Part shown: positions 13,529 to 24,745 of the stretch, one piece after another
Layout of the letters: every line of letters begins with the position of its first letter
Position numbering within the stretch: the stretch's first letter is position 1
From: a virus
Taxonomy: Duplodnaviria; Heunggongvirae; Uroviricota; Caudoviricetes
IMG/VR virus record: IMGVR_UViG_3300011008_000006
Direction: 5' to 3' (one strand)
DNA length: 63,427 nt
Notes under the pieces: generated by a model
The model's database searches: none
Seen by the model: the letters and a program-made list of their open reading frames with translations, nothing else
Told to the model about the DNA's origin: nothing
Program-made: the position numbers and the translations under genes

Positions 13529-14055
13529 TATTCACTCACCTCACTTATATCTGTGACCACATTTAAAGTCCCAAGATCAAGCGTAGGTGTGATGCCATTA
13601 TTAATGATTAATGCCTAATCATCAACTAACGCTGTGGTCATTATTCCTGGGTTCCAACTATTTATTATAGAAATCTATGTTTTCGTCGCGGTATATCTAA
13701 AATGTGATAATTGAGAGTATCCACTATTGGGACTATAACAATATATAACATTTCTAGATAAATCAACATATAATTTATTATCAAAACCAATAGGAGGGAA
13801 AGCATAACGATTTACACCTGTTATAATAACATCACTAAGAACTTCTCCATTAATTGTTCCTGCATCTATAAAAGGTAAACTAACAACTGTTGTATTCCCA
13901 TCTCCTATCTTTAAACGAGAAAAGGGGTGAGTATCATCAGCAGAATAAATGATGATCTCACCCTACAATGGAATGAAATTTATTTGACGATCCCAGTTGG
14001 CTTGACTGTCAGTTTTCATCATAATTCTCGTCTTAATAATTTTTTCATTCGCCAT
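13528..14055 (-). CDS. protein with Mtd-N/hyaluronidase-N-like KIGDG head domain (TAG-recoded)
   Basis: MANEKIIKTRIMMKTDSQANW...GEIIIY...RLKIGDG...LPF; AGGAGG RBS. Confidence 0.75.
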
Positions 14056-14081
14056 ATATAAAATCCTCCTTTATTCTCCTG

Positions 14082-15878
14082 TTAAAGCACTTCAGTGCTT
14101 GAACCGCAATTCAATATTACATAAGTATTATAAGATTGTAATATATCCGCTATATTACCTGTCTTCGCAATACGAGCCAATTCTAGTTTTTTATCCTATG
14201 TAATATCTACATCTTCATATGATACACCACTAGGCACTCGTGCGCCTTTTATAACCTGTAAGTTAAGTGCGGCTTCATCTATAATAACATGAACCTCTTT
14301 TTCAGCATTCGGCTAAAATTGAGTTTCATTGAAAAATATCTTTTCAATTGTATTTACTTGTGCGCCATTTTCAATGCTTGCTAATTTAAGCTATTCGGTT
14401 TCAGTATATTCATTTATTAATATATTTACCGATTTAGCTAAATCTTTTATAGTAGTAATGTTTAATTCATTATTATTTAAAAATATATGTTCTATTTTAT
14501 TAACTTGTGCGCCACTTTCAATACCACCAATTTTTTCTTCTTCTTCTGGTGTAAGTGCGCTTACACGTAAGCTTAATGAATTAGGATTTCCTTCAACTAT
14601 TGTTGGTATTGCTTCTGTACCATTTACATAAATATGCTCTATAATATTACGCTGTGCGTTTTCTTCAATATTAAGTAATTTTTGTTTCTCTTCATCGGTA
14701 TAGTCATTTGTTGAAAGTTGCTTACCATCAATTTTATCTACTTTTGAAGAAAGAATAGTTTGTAAGTTAGCTATTTTAGTTATTGCAATATTTGCTTCAT
14801 CACTAATATCAGCATCCACAATAGAGCCTCTAATAGCATAACTTCCTTCATCGCCTAATAACCGCCAATATCCATCTGCCCATACATATTCTCTATGTTC
14901 AAATAGAATTACATCGCCGTTTTTAACTTTAGAAAAATTATATCCATCAATATGTGGATCTACATTTGAATTAAAGCCAATAAATACTGTTGCTTCACCG
15001 ATAAAATGCATCGCGCCGGCAAGACCAGCAACAGCATTGTCTACGTATGCTTTTATTAAATAATTAGGCACCAAATTTGTATTTGTAGCAATAGTATCTG
15101 CAATTGGAATTAATTTAACTGGATTATTACCATTGCCAACTAATACACTATCATAATCTAATGTATCGCGGCCTGTACCACCTTGTGGAACACTTACTTT
15201 ACCAGATAAATTACTTGCAGATAAAGTGCGTCTAGTAACACTAATTTTACCATTTACCTAATCTACCGCAGTAATGACTTTGGATAAATCTTCTGTATCA
15301 GTATAATTTAAAGTATTTAATTTATCTGTAATTTTCTAATTAGTATAACCGCCAATTGTCCAGTAGTCATCTATTGCTGTACCTAACCAAGTTAATAAAT
15401 TAGCTAATTGACTTAAATCTATAAAAGTAAGTTCATCAGTAATCCAGTCACTATCATTTACGCCTTTTGACTATAAATAATATTTATTATTTATCTAAGC
15501 TAAGCGATAAGAACGTGCTTCGACAGTAATATCTCCACCTTGACCTCCGCCAGCATACTACTATACAAATGCGGCTAATCCTTGAATTTCATTTGCATTA
15601 TAAGTTGGTTTTGACTATTGTTTTGCCCAAGCATAGACATCTCCTGCAATCCCCTAAATCCAAGGAAGCTCATAAAAATAATGGTATCCATCACCAATTT
15701 TAATGCCAATTGCAGGGGGAGTATTTTCTGGACGGTCATTTGTACCCTCAATTGTATATGAAAAAGGGGCGGCCGCAATCGCGGCTTCACCTTTTTTAAG
15801 AATAACTGTACTATTTAGCCAGTTGCTTAAAGTGTCATAGCGTAACAATATACGCGTTTCAATCGTATGCTCCGCCAT
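14082..15878 (-). CDS. tail fibre protein with KIGDG N-terminal domain (TAG-recoded, 598 aa)
   Basis: track ORFs 15654-15878 and 14391-15074 in frame; KVDKIDGKQLSTNDYTDEEKQKL motif; repeated IExGAQVNxIE. Confidence 0.85.
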
Positions 15879-15892
15879 TTAATCCACCTCCT

Positions 15893-16603
15893 TTAAGCAC
15901 TGCCGCCATATATAATAAATGTATCTCCGACTGGAACATATAATTTCGTAGTAGAAACTTGATTTAATGTCATAATACCGGTTTCTGGATTTACTAAAAT
16001 AGCATCTGCCGCGGAAGAAGACCTTACACCACCAAGGCGTGCATCGGTTGCGACTTCAAGTGTAAACATTCCGCCGCCACTTCCACCGTCGCCTGTGCTT
16101 CCTACCATATCCCAATTACCGTTAATAGCCATATATTCTTCATAATGGTCTCCGGATTGGGCGAGAACCATATATAAAGTATTTGGATCGGCCACTGATG
16201 CGGCAGGAAGGTATTGTACCACTTCACGCTTTAAATGACCTGCATTACGAATCGCGTCGTCAACATATTTTTTATTTGGTACATCAGTATCATTTACTGG
16301 TGGCTCAGTAACTACTAATTGCGTAATTGCTTGCCCCGCCGCGGCTTCAAGTGCCGCGATAGTATTCATAAAATTATCACTAAATGATATTGTGCCATCA
16401 CTGTGATGTTGAAAATAAGAAGCATCAAGTTTATTTAAATAAGGGAGGTGCAACCAATCGGTTACACCATCCCCTACTTTTATTAGAAATGTGTTAGTTT
16501 CTAAACCATATTCACCTTGTGCTAATACTGGATTCCGTGTAATCCAATCGGCGGCTTCGTCGTGCCTAATTTGTAATCTTACTTTTACACTATTAGTTGC
16601 CAT
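15893..16603 (-). CDS. Mtd-N-like (KVGDG) tail protein
   Basis: 236-aa ORF; WITRNPVLAQGEYGLE...KVGDG...LPY; NKKYVD. Confidence 0.85.
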   Translation of the reverse strand: MATNSVKVRLQIRHDEAADWITRNPVLAQGEYGLETNTFLIKVGDGVTDWLHLPYLNKLDASYFQHHSDGTISFSDNFMNTIAALEAAAGQAITQLVVTEPPVNDTDVPNKKYVDDAIRNAGHLKREVVQYLPAASVADPNTLYMVLAQSGDHYEEYMAINGNWDMVGSTGDGGSGGGMFTLEVATDARLGGVRSSSAADAILVNPETGIMTLNQVSTTKLYVPVGDTFIIYGGSA

Positions 16604-17094
16604 TATGCTTCACCACCATTAAGTATTGTATTAGCAATAATCATTGCGTTCACTGGTATGTAGTCATTGTCCCAGTAATATAGTATTTTTTCTTCTAAGT
16701 CAAAATATAATTTTGAAGCAATTCCTTCTTCTGGGAAATCGGAATATTTTGCAAACATAATACTACGAGTACCTACATACGAAGTGAAAAGATTTTTGAA
16801 ATCATCCATATCGCCTTCAAAACCACTTTGCACGGCGAGTAAGAATAATTGTTGCATTAAAATATTTAGAGAAGTATTTTCCCAAGGGTATATCATTGAA
16901 AGTGTAGTAGTATGTGGTCTTGAAGGAATTGACATATCCACTACATTATCAAGTATTGAGGAACCCCAAGGATATACCATTGCAAGGCCGCCCGCGCGAG
17001 GATGAGGAGGCATAATATTTATGTCATATTCAAGAAGTAAATCGCGGGTACGATAGCGCTCGTAATTCCAATCAATTCCCTTCTTCATCGCCAT
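16603..17094 (-). CDS. phage tail-region hypothetical protein
   Basis: 163-aa ORF translationally coupled to its neighbours. Confidence 0.75.
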   Translation of the reverse strand: MAMKKGIDWNYERYRTRDLLLEYDINIMPPHPRAGGLAMVYPWGSSILDNVVDMSIPSRPHTTTLSMIYPWENTSLNILMQQLFLLAVQSGFEGDMDDFKNLFTSYVGTRSIMFAKYSDFPEEGIASKLYFDLEEKILYYWDNDYIPVNAMIIANTILNGGEA

Positions 17095-17416
17095 TCACCT
17101 CAGAGGGGGATTCTGGCTCGACAGGTTCAGGCTCAATAACTGGGAAAGCACCAGTTGAGTCACGAAGAATCATTTGACCATTTGCTTGTTCAAGAGTTAC
17201 GGTTGCCATTACGCGGGCGGTTGAACCTGCGTAGTTGGCAGATAAGCGCGCATAATATTCAGATTTTGCAGCACGTAGAGCGGCTTCCATATTGCCGTCG
17301 TAGGTGTTAGAATCGTATGTTTTTGGATAACCACTGACTACGGAAAATAAGCCGTGTGGGTTGGCCTCAGATGTGACCACCTAAGTTGCGTTGACTATAA
17401 AAATATTTCTTGCCAT
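17072..17416 (-). CDS. tail-region hypothetical protein (TAG-recoded, 114 aa)
   Basis: true start MARNIFIVNAT(TAG)VVTSEANPHG after GAGGT RBS. Confidence 0.75.
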
Positions 17417-17444
17417 AATAATTACCTCACTTTATTTTTATTTT

Positions 17445-19448
17445 TTAATGAGACCAGTAGGATAGGTCTATATTGCCATTCGCGTTTGACCATATGTTGT
17501 TGGTACCGCGGAGAGTTTTGAGGGATTGGGGAGTAAGAGTATAAGTTATTGGAGTTGTCAATTTATATACTATTGTTGCTGGGTGTTCTTGTAAGTATGA
17601 ATTAACAAATGCAATTTTATCTGCATTTGTTTCTAACTCTGGATGATCAGCAGTATATGCTGTATAAAATCTTAAATACTATTGTCCATTAGAAGTCGTG
17701 CGAATAAATGGAAAATCCCAATTATTTGGTAAGGATTGATTAACAGCATAAACAGGTATATTATTACATAAAACAGTTGAACTAACAGAATAACCATCAT
17801 ACTTACCCTTTGGAGAAAGATATACAATTCCTGCGGCGATATATGTATCATTACTATAATTAGTATTACACTTTACATTGACTCCATCCGCCACAATCTT
17901 ATGCCATGTTTCTACTAATTCACCTTTTACTAAATCTACATACCCGCCATACACCGTCCCCGTAGTTGAAGTCCAGTCTACTGGGAGAAGGTATCCAGTT
18001 GTTACATCGGGGCCAACTCTAAATTTACCAGTTCCACTTCCCGCTAAGAAAGTATTGGTTACAGTATCAAAAAACCCTGGTTCATTATCTGATTTACGAT
18101 AGCATGGAATATAATTGCGTTTAATAATTCCATTTTCTCGAAATGTAATTTCATATAAATAAATAACATAAGTATATGAATTATTAGGAATATCATTTGT
18201 AATTACGCCATCAGTTTCTTTACCAAAAATAATTACTGGAGATGTATCCTAAAAGGTAGAAGGCGCCGTAATTGCTTGCTTATAAACATTACTATTAGTT
18301 AAATTTGTTCTAATCCATTGTGTTCCCGCATCATTTGTTTCTAATAGCCATTTATTATTACGATGTGCATTAAGACCACTAGTACCATATGTAATATTTG
18401 CCCATGTAAGACGATAAGTATACCATCCATTTTTATATAATTCAAAATTATTACTCCATAATAAACTTACATATTCACTGTTACAATGTGTGGTAACACT
18501 AAATCTAGTGTCCTAATTTGCAAAGTAATCTGTTATAAAATAAGCATCATTTCTTGCTGTTTTATCACTAGGCGGCAAAAGATATTCAACTTCCTAATAT
18601 TCACTAGGTAAAGGTCTTCTATTTACACCACAAATTAAGCTATTTCATCCATTAATTGGCCTTACATTTTCTAGACTTGGATCGCCGCTACCTTCCTAAA
18701 TTGGATTAAAATAAACTTTTAATGAATCTAATGGCGCCTTCATATCTGTATTAAAGGTTGCTATGGGTGCAGCGGTAGTTGTAATTAAATGAGGAGTATT
18801 TAATATAATATTTTTTCTATTCTCAATTAAATTTCCATACTCATGTACTTCTCCACCAATTAGAAATGTACCATTACCAGAGTTGGTAAAGAAAGTATTT
18901 GATACTGTATCATACATACCTGGTTCATTATCGGATTTACGATAACATGGAATAAAATTTCCGAGTAAAGTAGTCGAATTACTTATCTTTAATGAATATA
19001 ATTTTACCTTACTCTGAAACTATGCGCCACTACCTGTTTTATACTAACAAAAAATACCATATTGAGCCTTTGTACTATTAAGCTCAGTAAGATAAGATCT
19101 ATTTCTAGTTCCTATTATTTTATCATCAACTGTTACTGTTTGATTTTTTTGAGATAATAAAGTAACAATATTATATATTTTATTAGTTATTACATTTCCA
19201 AATAAAAAATATCCATTATAAGCAGACTAAAATTTACTTGAATACTAACCATTACCAGAAGATCTATATGAAACATCATCTTCATCATACGCCGCACCAA
19301 CTAAATACTGATCACTAAGATTTGTAAAAATTTGAATTGAGTCAAAAATAATTGGAGTTTGAATTGGTATATTTGTAATGATATATTGTGTTCCTGTACT
19401 TTCTAAATATTCTACCTACTAATACTCAACCGGAATTAAACTGCCCAT
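17445..19448 (-). CDS. tail/receptor-binding protein with two lectin-like repeats (TAG-recoded, 667 aa)
   Basis: MGSLIPVEY(TAG)(TAG)VEYLESTGTQYI...; IPCYRKSDNEPGxxDTV occurs twice; YGGYVDLVKGEL. Confidence 0.8.
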
Positions 19449-21229
19449 GTCATCACCGCCGCGTATATTCCATCTACAATTGATATATCATAAATTGTAT
19501 TTACATCTAAAGATGTGGCATCAAACCATTCCGGGAATTTAACTGTATTTGGAACAGTAAGTACCGCCGCGGTTGAACCACTTGTAAAAATTACTTCACA
19601 TATACCTGACGCACATGGGGTAAAATCTAGTGTACTAATTTCACTACAAATATATCGTGCATTTGATTGTGCAATAATAGTGGGTGTAGTACCTGAAATA
19701 GTAATACTTATTGATGCGCTTTGTATATCAAGCATATTTTTAATCGCAATTTTGGCTTCACTTGTATATACTCCTACTGCATTGTTGGATGCACTCTATG
19801 TAGTATCTCCCGCCGCTTTAGCTAAACCATAGAAAGTAGATTCGTGCTGATGGTTTGGATTAAAACCGCTCCTAATATCATTTCCTGCTTTTATGTTATT
19901 TGCGGTCGCGTCCGTGAGTGTAAGGTAGCCAGATGCACTGGTGCTGATACCAAATGAACTATATAATGCTACAACGCCGAATGTTTGCTGACCCGCTGCT
20001 GGAATATTAGCTACTCCATTATTAAGGATTGACGTATTTCGCATCTGCACATCATGCGGGAATACCCCCGCCGCATTTACCACCGCGCAATTTGTACCAA
20101 CCTCTAATGTATCTCCAATTGCTATTGCGGCAGTTGCCTAATGCAATTTACCATTCAACATAAATAGTTCACCAATTGCGTATGCCTAATCCGCGGTTGT
20201 ATCGGATTCATAGGATGCGAGGTTTGTATCGGTGCCAAGCATATGTTGAATTGCGGCTTTTTGAGCGTCGGGGTAGATGCCGACAGTAGTGGATGCGATG
20301 GATGCCATGTCAGCACCGGCGGCTTTAGCGAGGCCATAGAAGGTGGATGCATGTTGTTTGGAAAGTACAACGGCATAACTTCCCAAATATCCTTCTTTTA
20401 CCTGAGTGTCGTTTGGAGTCCTTACAGATATTCTACCTTCATATGTTGTTAAACCATGTTCAGCCTTTAATACGCCGTATTCTGTAGTGCTTCCTACCGG
20501 TATATTCGCCACACCATTCTGCAACACACTCGTCCCATTAACTTGCACATCCCTTACCGCATACTCACTCAACTTAACTTCCGCCGCATTACTTCCACTA
20601 ACCTCTTCTCCCGCGTCTTGCGTAACAATTGCATCCGCCGCCGCAATTGCCGCGGTTGCTTTATATAATTTTCCATTGGAAGTAAATACTTCTCCAATAC
20701 TATATGCTTTAGATGCGGTTGCGGTTTCGGAAGGGGCGAGGAGATTTGAAATGCCGAGCATTTGTTGGATGGCGCCTTTGGCTTCGGGGGTATAAGTACC
20801 AACGGCATTGTTGCTTTGAGATTGAGTGGTGTCGCCAGACGCTTTGGCTAAACCGTAAAATGCAGATTCGTGCTGATTCATCGGGCTAATATACCCACTT
20901 CCATGTGTTCCAACTTTAATCTGTCCGCTCGATGGTTCACCGACCCTTACTTTCTTATTACCACCACCGTAGTCTTGAACAAAAAGTCCTGTGCCAAGCT
21001 TCATAACGCCATATGTATCAGCATCAGCTAACGGAACATTTGCAACCCCATTCGCCGCGATAGATGTTCCGTTTATACGTACATCCGTAACCGGTTCCGC
21101 CTGCGGCGTTACGTATATATCATTCTCATCGTATGTAACGGTGACACCATCCACAGTTATGGTGCCATTTGCAATTAATTCGGCATATTGCGCCTGAGAT
21201 AAATAAACTATTTGTTTTGAATTAGGCAT
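19436..21229 (-). CDS. modular tail fibre protein (TAG-recoded, 597 aa)
   Basis: track ORFs 20186-21229, 19796-20083 and 19436-19735 in frame; three DVxxNGTSxxxNGVANxP...FYGLAKAxG repeats. Confidence 0.85.
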
Positions 21230-21677
21230 TTGGTGTCACCTCCTTTACAAATTTTCCAACTACCCAACAATATTTTATAGGATTGCCGTCTGTATCAACT
21301 GCTGGCCAATCACTTGAACCTCTAGAAAAGCTAAACTATGTCGAAGTTGGTTTTGAGCAATACCATTCTCCATGTAAAAAATTACCAGAAGTAGGATGAC
21401 GATATGTATAACAAAATCTAAAATTATATCTCTCATCAGCATTATATGCATTATTTATTATATGCATATCCCCATATGCGCAAGAAACGCAACTACCAAA
21501 TGGTATTTTATTTGAATCCTCTATTTTAATAAAAATATAAGCGAAATCAGGAATATCGGCCAAATGATGCTCAACTACAATTTTATCAGTCGATGAAGGA
21601 ATAGTAAGTACGCCGCTGTCTACTTTTACTTGACTATTAACTAATAATCCAACCGCCTAATCTCCCAAATACATCAT
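21222..21677 (-). CDS. hypothetical protein (TAG-recoded, ~151 aa)
   Basis: MMYLGD(TAG)AVGLLVNSQ...EVTPNA-TAA; both ends overlap neighbouring genes. Confidence 0.7.
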
Positions 21678-23890
21678 ATCAACCTCACCACCTTTAAGCC
21701 ATTTACTAACTTTTCGCCGCCGGTACTATCGGAATTACAATTTATATATATGTCGCCTGCGTAGTGTGCAGTACCATCCCAGTCAAGAGTATAAGCGTTA
21801 GAACGAGCACTTGTAGCAATTCCATTACCAACAACAAAAAGAGCGTCTCCTCTACGGGAAGTTTGCGGGCCTATGTTTTTCCAATTTGCCATTGTAAATT
21901 CTGCATCATTATTGGCAATTGTACATTCAAGACATATAGGTACACGAATTGTTTGAGTAAGTATTCTTGTATGTACTACTCTATCTCCAACACTATATGA
22001 TTTATTAGCTTCCCATGCAGGATATTCACTAGCTTCAATATTACATGTACCAATTACAAACATACTAGGAAGATTAGAAATTGTATAATATCCAAAACTA
22101 CTACTATAGTTACCAGAAGCTTTTGTTAGAGTACCAGTTGCAAGTGATGTATAGCCACTTGCCTCTGTACTAAGACCAAACGCGGAACTTGCTGTCCCAG
22201 TAGCGTTCTGTGTATATGTTACATTCGCTGTTGTCGTAAATGATTTTGTTTTTATACTTCCAACGCCACTTCCATATTCAATCGGCACATCACTTTCTTT
22301 CACAAGCTTTGTTCCATTAGCAGAACCAGCATCCGCACCAACATACACATCTCCCGCAAAATACCCATTACCATCCCAATCTAACGCATACGCATTTGAT
22401 CCATGTCTTACCATTTCATGGGTTGTTGGGTCTTCTGCTTCGTATCCATTACCTACAATCGCGGCAAAGTTCATATGATGAACATCAAAGTCCCAATGAC
22501 TTATATCAAAAGATTCATCAGTATTTGCTTCTTTACAAATATAACCAACTATTGTAGCTTCATTGTTTATAAGCTATTCTCTTTTTACTTTATCGCCAAC
22601 CGCGTATGATGTATTTGCTGCCCAGAAAGGCCAATTATCATAGCTATCAGCAATATTATATCTACCAGTTACGAATGAAGAATGTCCATTTGCGATTGTG
22701 TTATCGCCGCCCGCATGTGATGCCGCGCCATTTGCTACTGTGTCAACACCTTCACTATGTGACCACTAACCATTTGCTTCAGTATTTTCACCTTCTGCGT
22801 GAGCAATATAATGCGCGATCGTGCCTTTGCCTTCCGCAAAGGCGCCTTGACTTACGGCGGCTGTATTTAAGCCGAGAGCAACGGAATAATAGCCGCTTGC
22901 TTCCGCGTCAACACCAAACGCAAGACTGGCGGTGCCGACTGTTGTGTTGTCCTTGCGGCCGCGACTTAGGGTTGTATCTAATACTGTGTCTGCCTTATCT
23001 GCTTTATTACTTACATCCGCAGATGAAGAAACGCCAAGCATTGTGCGAATAGCAGATTTAGCATTATCAGTATAAGTGCCAACCGCGTTTGAAGAAGAAG
23101 ATTGTGATGTATCACCGGCTGCTCTGGCTAAGCCATAAAATACTGCAGAATTAAGAGTATTTGGTGCTATAGGCTTCTAGACAAGTGTTCCATTTTTATT
23201 ATTTTGTTCTGTCGCAGAATCTATTATAAGATATTTATTATTACCAATTGTATATTGTACAAGACCACCATTGGTTGCTAATTTTACAACACCTGCATTT
23301 GTTGTTGTTGCGTAATCCGTCTTCTATACATAATTACTTAAATCAACATCCGCACTTCCAAACCGCTCCCAAGCATTATCCACATATGCCCACTCAATAA
23401 ATAAATTACTGCCTTCACCGCCAGGAACGAGATAGAAAGTTTGAGTATCGGGATTTTGAATAGTTGGAACGCCAGTTTCAGAATTGTATTCCGCGGCGGC
23501 ACATATGTGAATTTTCATTGTATTCACATTTGATATCGCTGTATCAACATATGATTCAGTAGCATAACCCGCATCATTTTCTAATTCACTAACTGCTGTT
23601 GGCACATTTGCATTAGGTAGAGTTAAGTTTAAAACTGGATTTGCATCTGTTCCAGTAACAGTTACCGCGGCGGTAGGTCCTTCCGTTACAGTACCAATTG
23701 TAAAGGAAGGAACCGCGCCATTTGATATATTAAAGGTAGTTGAATTGCCATCAGAAAATAGGATGGTATATGTATCAACTAAACCTTGTGTATTTGTTTT
23801 AGTAATAGATTGTATTCCAATACCCCGTTGTCCGGTGATGGAAGGAATTGCAACCCATTCATTATTTACTTTTACTTTTAATATGTCCAT
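21674..23890 (-). CDS. tail fibre with YadA-head-like (SxAxG/HAEG) repeats (TAG-recoded, 738 aa)
   Basis: three track ORFs in frame; AEG repeats; two VGNG...SNAYxLDWDG modules. Confidence 0.85.
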
Positions 23891-23995
23891 TGTTTTTTCA
23901 TCTCCTTACGGGATTTGGAAATACAATTTATTTATGTCTAATGACCGTCTGAGCCGTAGATATGATGAAGATGTTACACATTGTTTTTTCTCCTA

Positions 23996-24745
23996 TCAAT
24001 CTATTACATAGAATTTTATATCTTTTATTTTGCACGAAGCTTTATATGATCCAATATTATATGCTGATTGAGCCATACGTAATATATCCGGACTCCAAGT
24101 TGGCCCATACTCAACTTGCGGGACATTTGTTGTAAAATGCATAGTTTGTCCATTGATCGTCGCAATAAATTTATCATAACCATTACCGCCATCGACCATT
24201 TTATAAGAGCCTATTGCGTGTACAAATTCAGTCATTGGTTGTAATGGTAACGCTGGATGCATTTCTGTACTGCCTAAAAATGGATTACTTGAATTTCCTT
24301 TCATCTTCCAATTTAATATTTTATATGGCGCACCAGCATCACTATCATTAGTTCTTGTACCTATTCCAAATCCAATAGCTTTAGAAGAACTATTTACAGA
24401 TCCTATATCAAAAAAGTATGTTGCATTAGCACTTTTATACCGATTAACCCAAATATCAAATTTAAATATCCAATGATGACCAATTGAAAAACCAGGAGGA
24501 GTATTAGGTTTTGTAGCGGTTGCATATTGCGATGATTCTATAAAATCATATTGCTTATCATCATTATTATAAACATTATCTCCATATATTGTAAATGCCC
24601 ACCCGCTAACACGATCAATCCATTGATTATTTACTGGTGCGTCATCACCACACCACCAGTATTTTAAGAGTGGGAACTTCGTGGGTGCTTGTATAATAGC
24701 CCTTCTCAAACTCATCACATCCATGCCGCCGCCACCCCCAGACAT
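23996..24745 (-). CDS. lectin-like hypothetical protein
   Basis: 249-aa ORF with TGA stop and no TAG; start may be the MDVMSLRR Met. Confidence 0.75.
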   Translation of the reverse strand: MSGGGGGMDVMSLRRAIIQAPTKFPLLKYWWCGDDAPVNNQWIDRVSGWAFTIYGDNVYNNDDKQYDFIESSQYATATKPNTPPGFSIGHHWIFKFDIWVNRYKSANATYFFDIGSVNSSSKAIGFGIGTRTNDSDAGAPYKILNWKMKGNSSNPFLGSTEMHPALPLQPMTEFVHAIGSYKMVDGGNGYDKFIATINGQTMHFTTNVPQVEYGPTWSPDILRMAQSAYNIGSYKASCKIKDIKFYVID

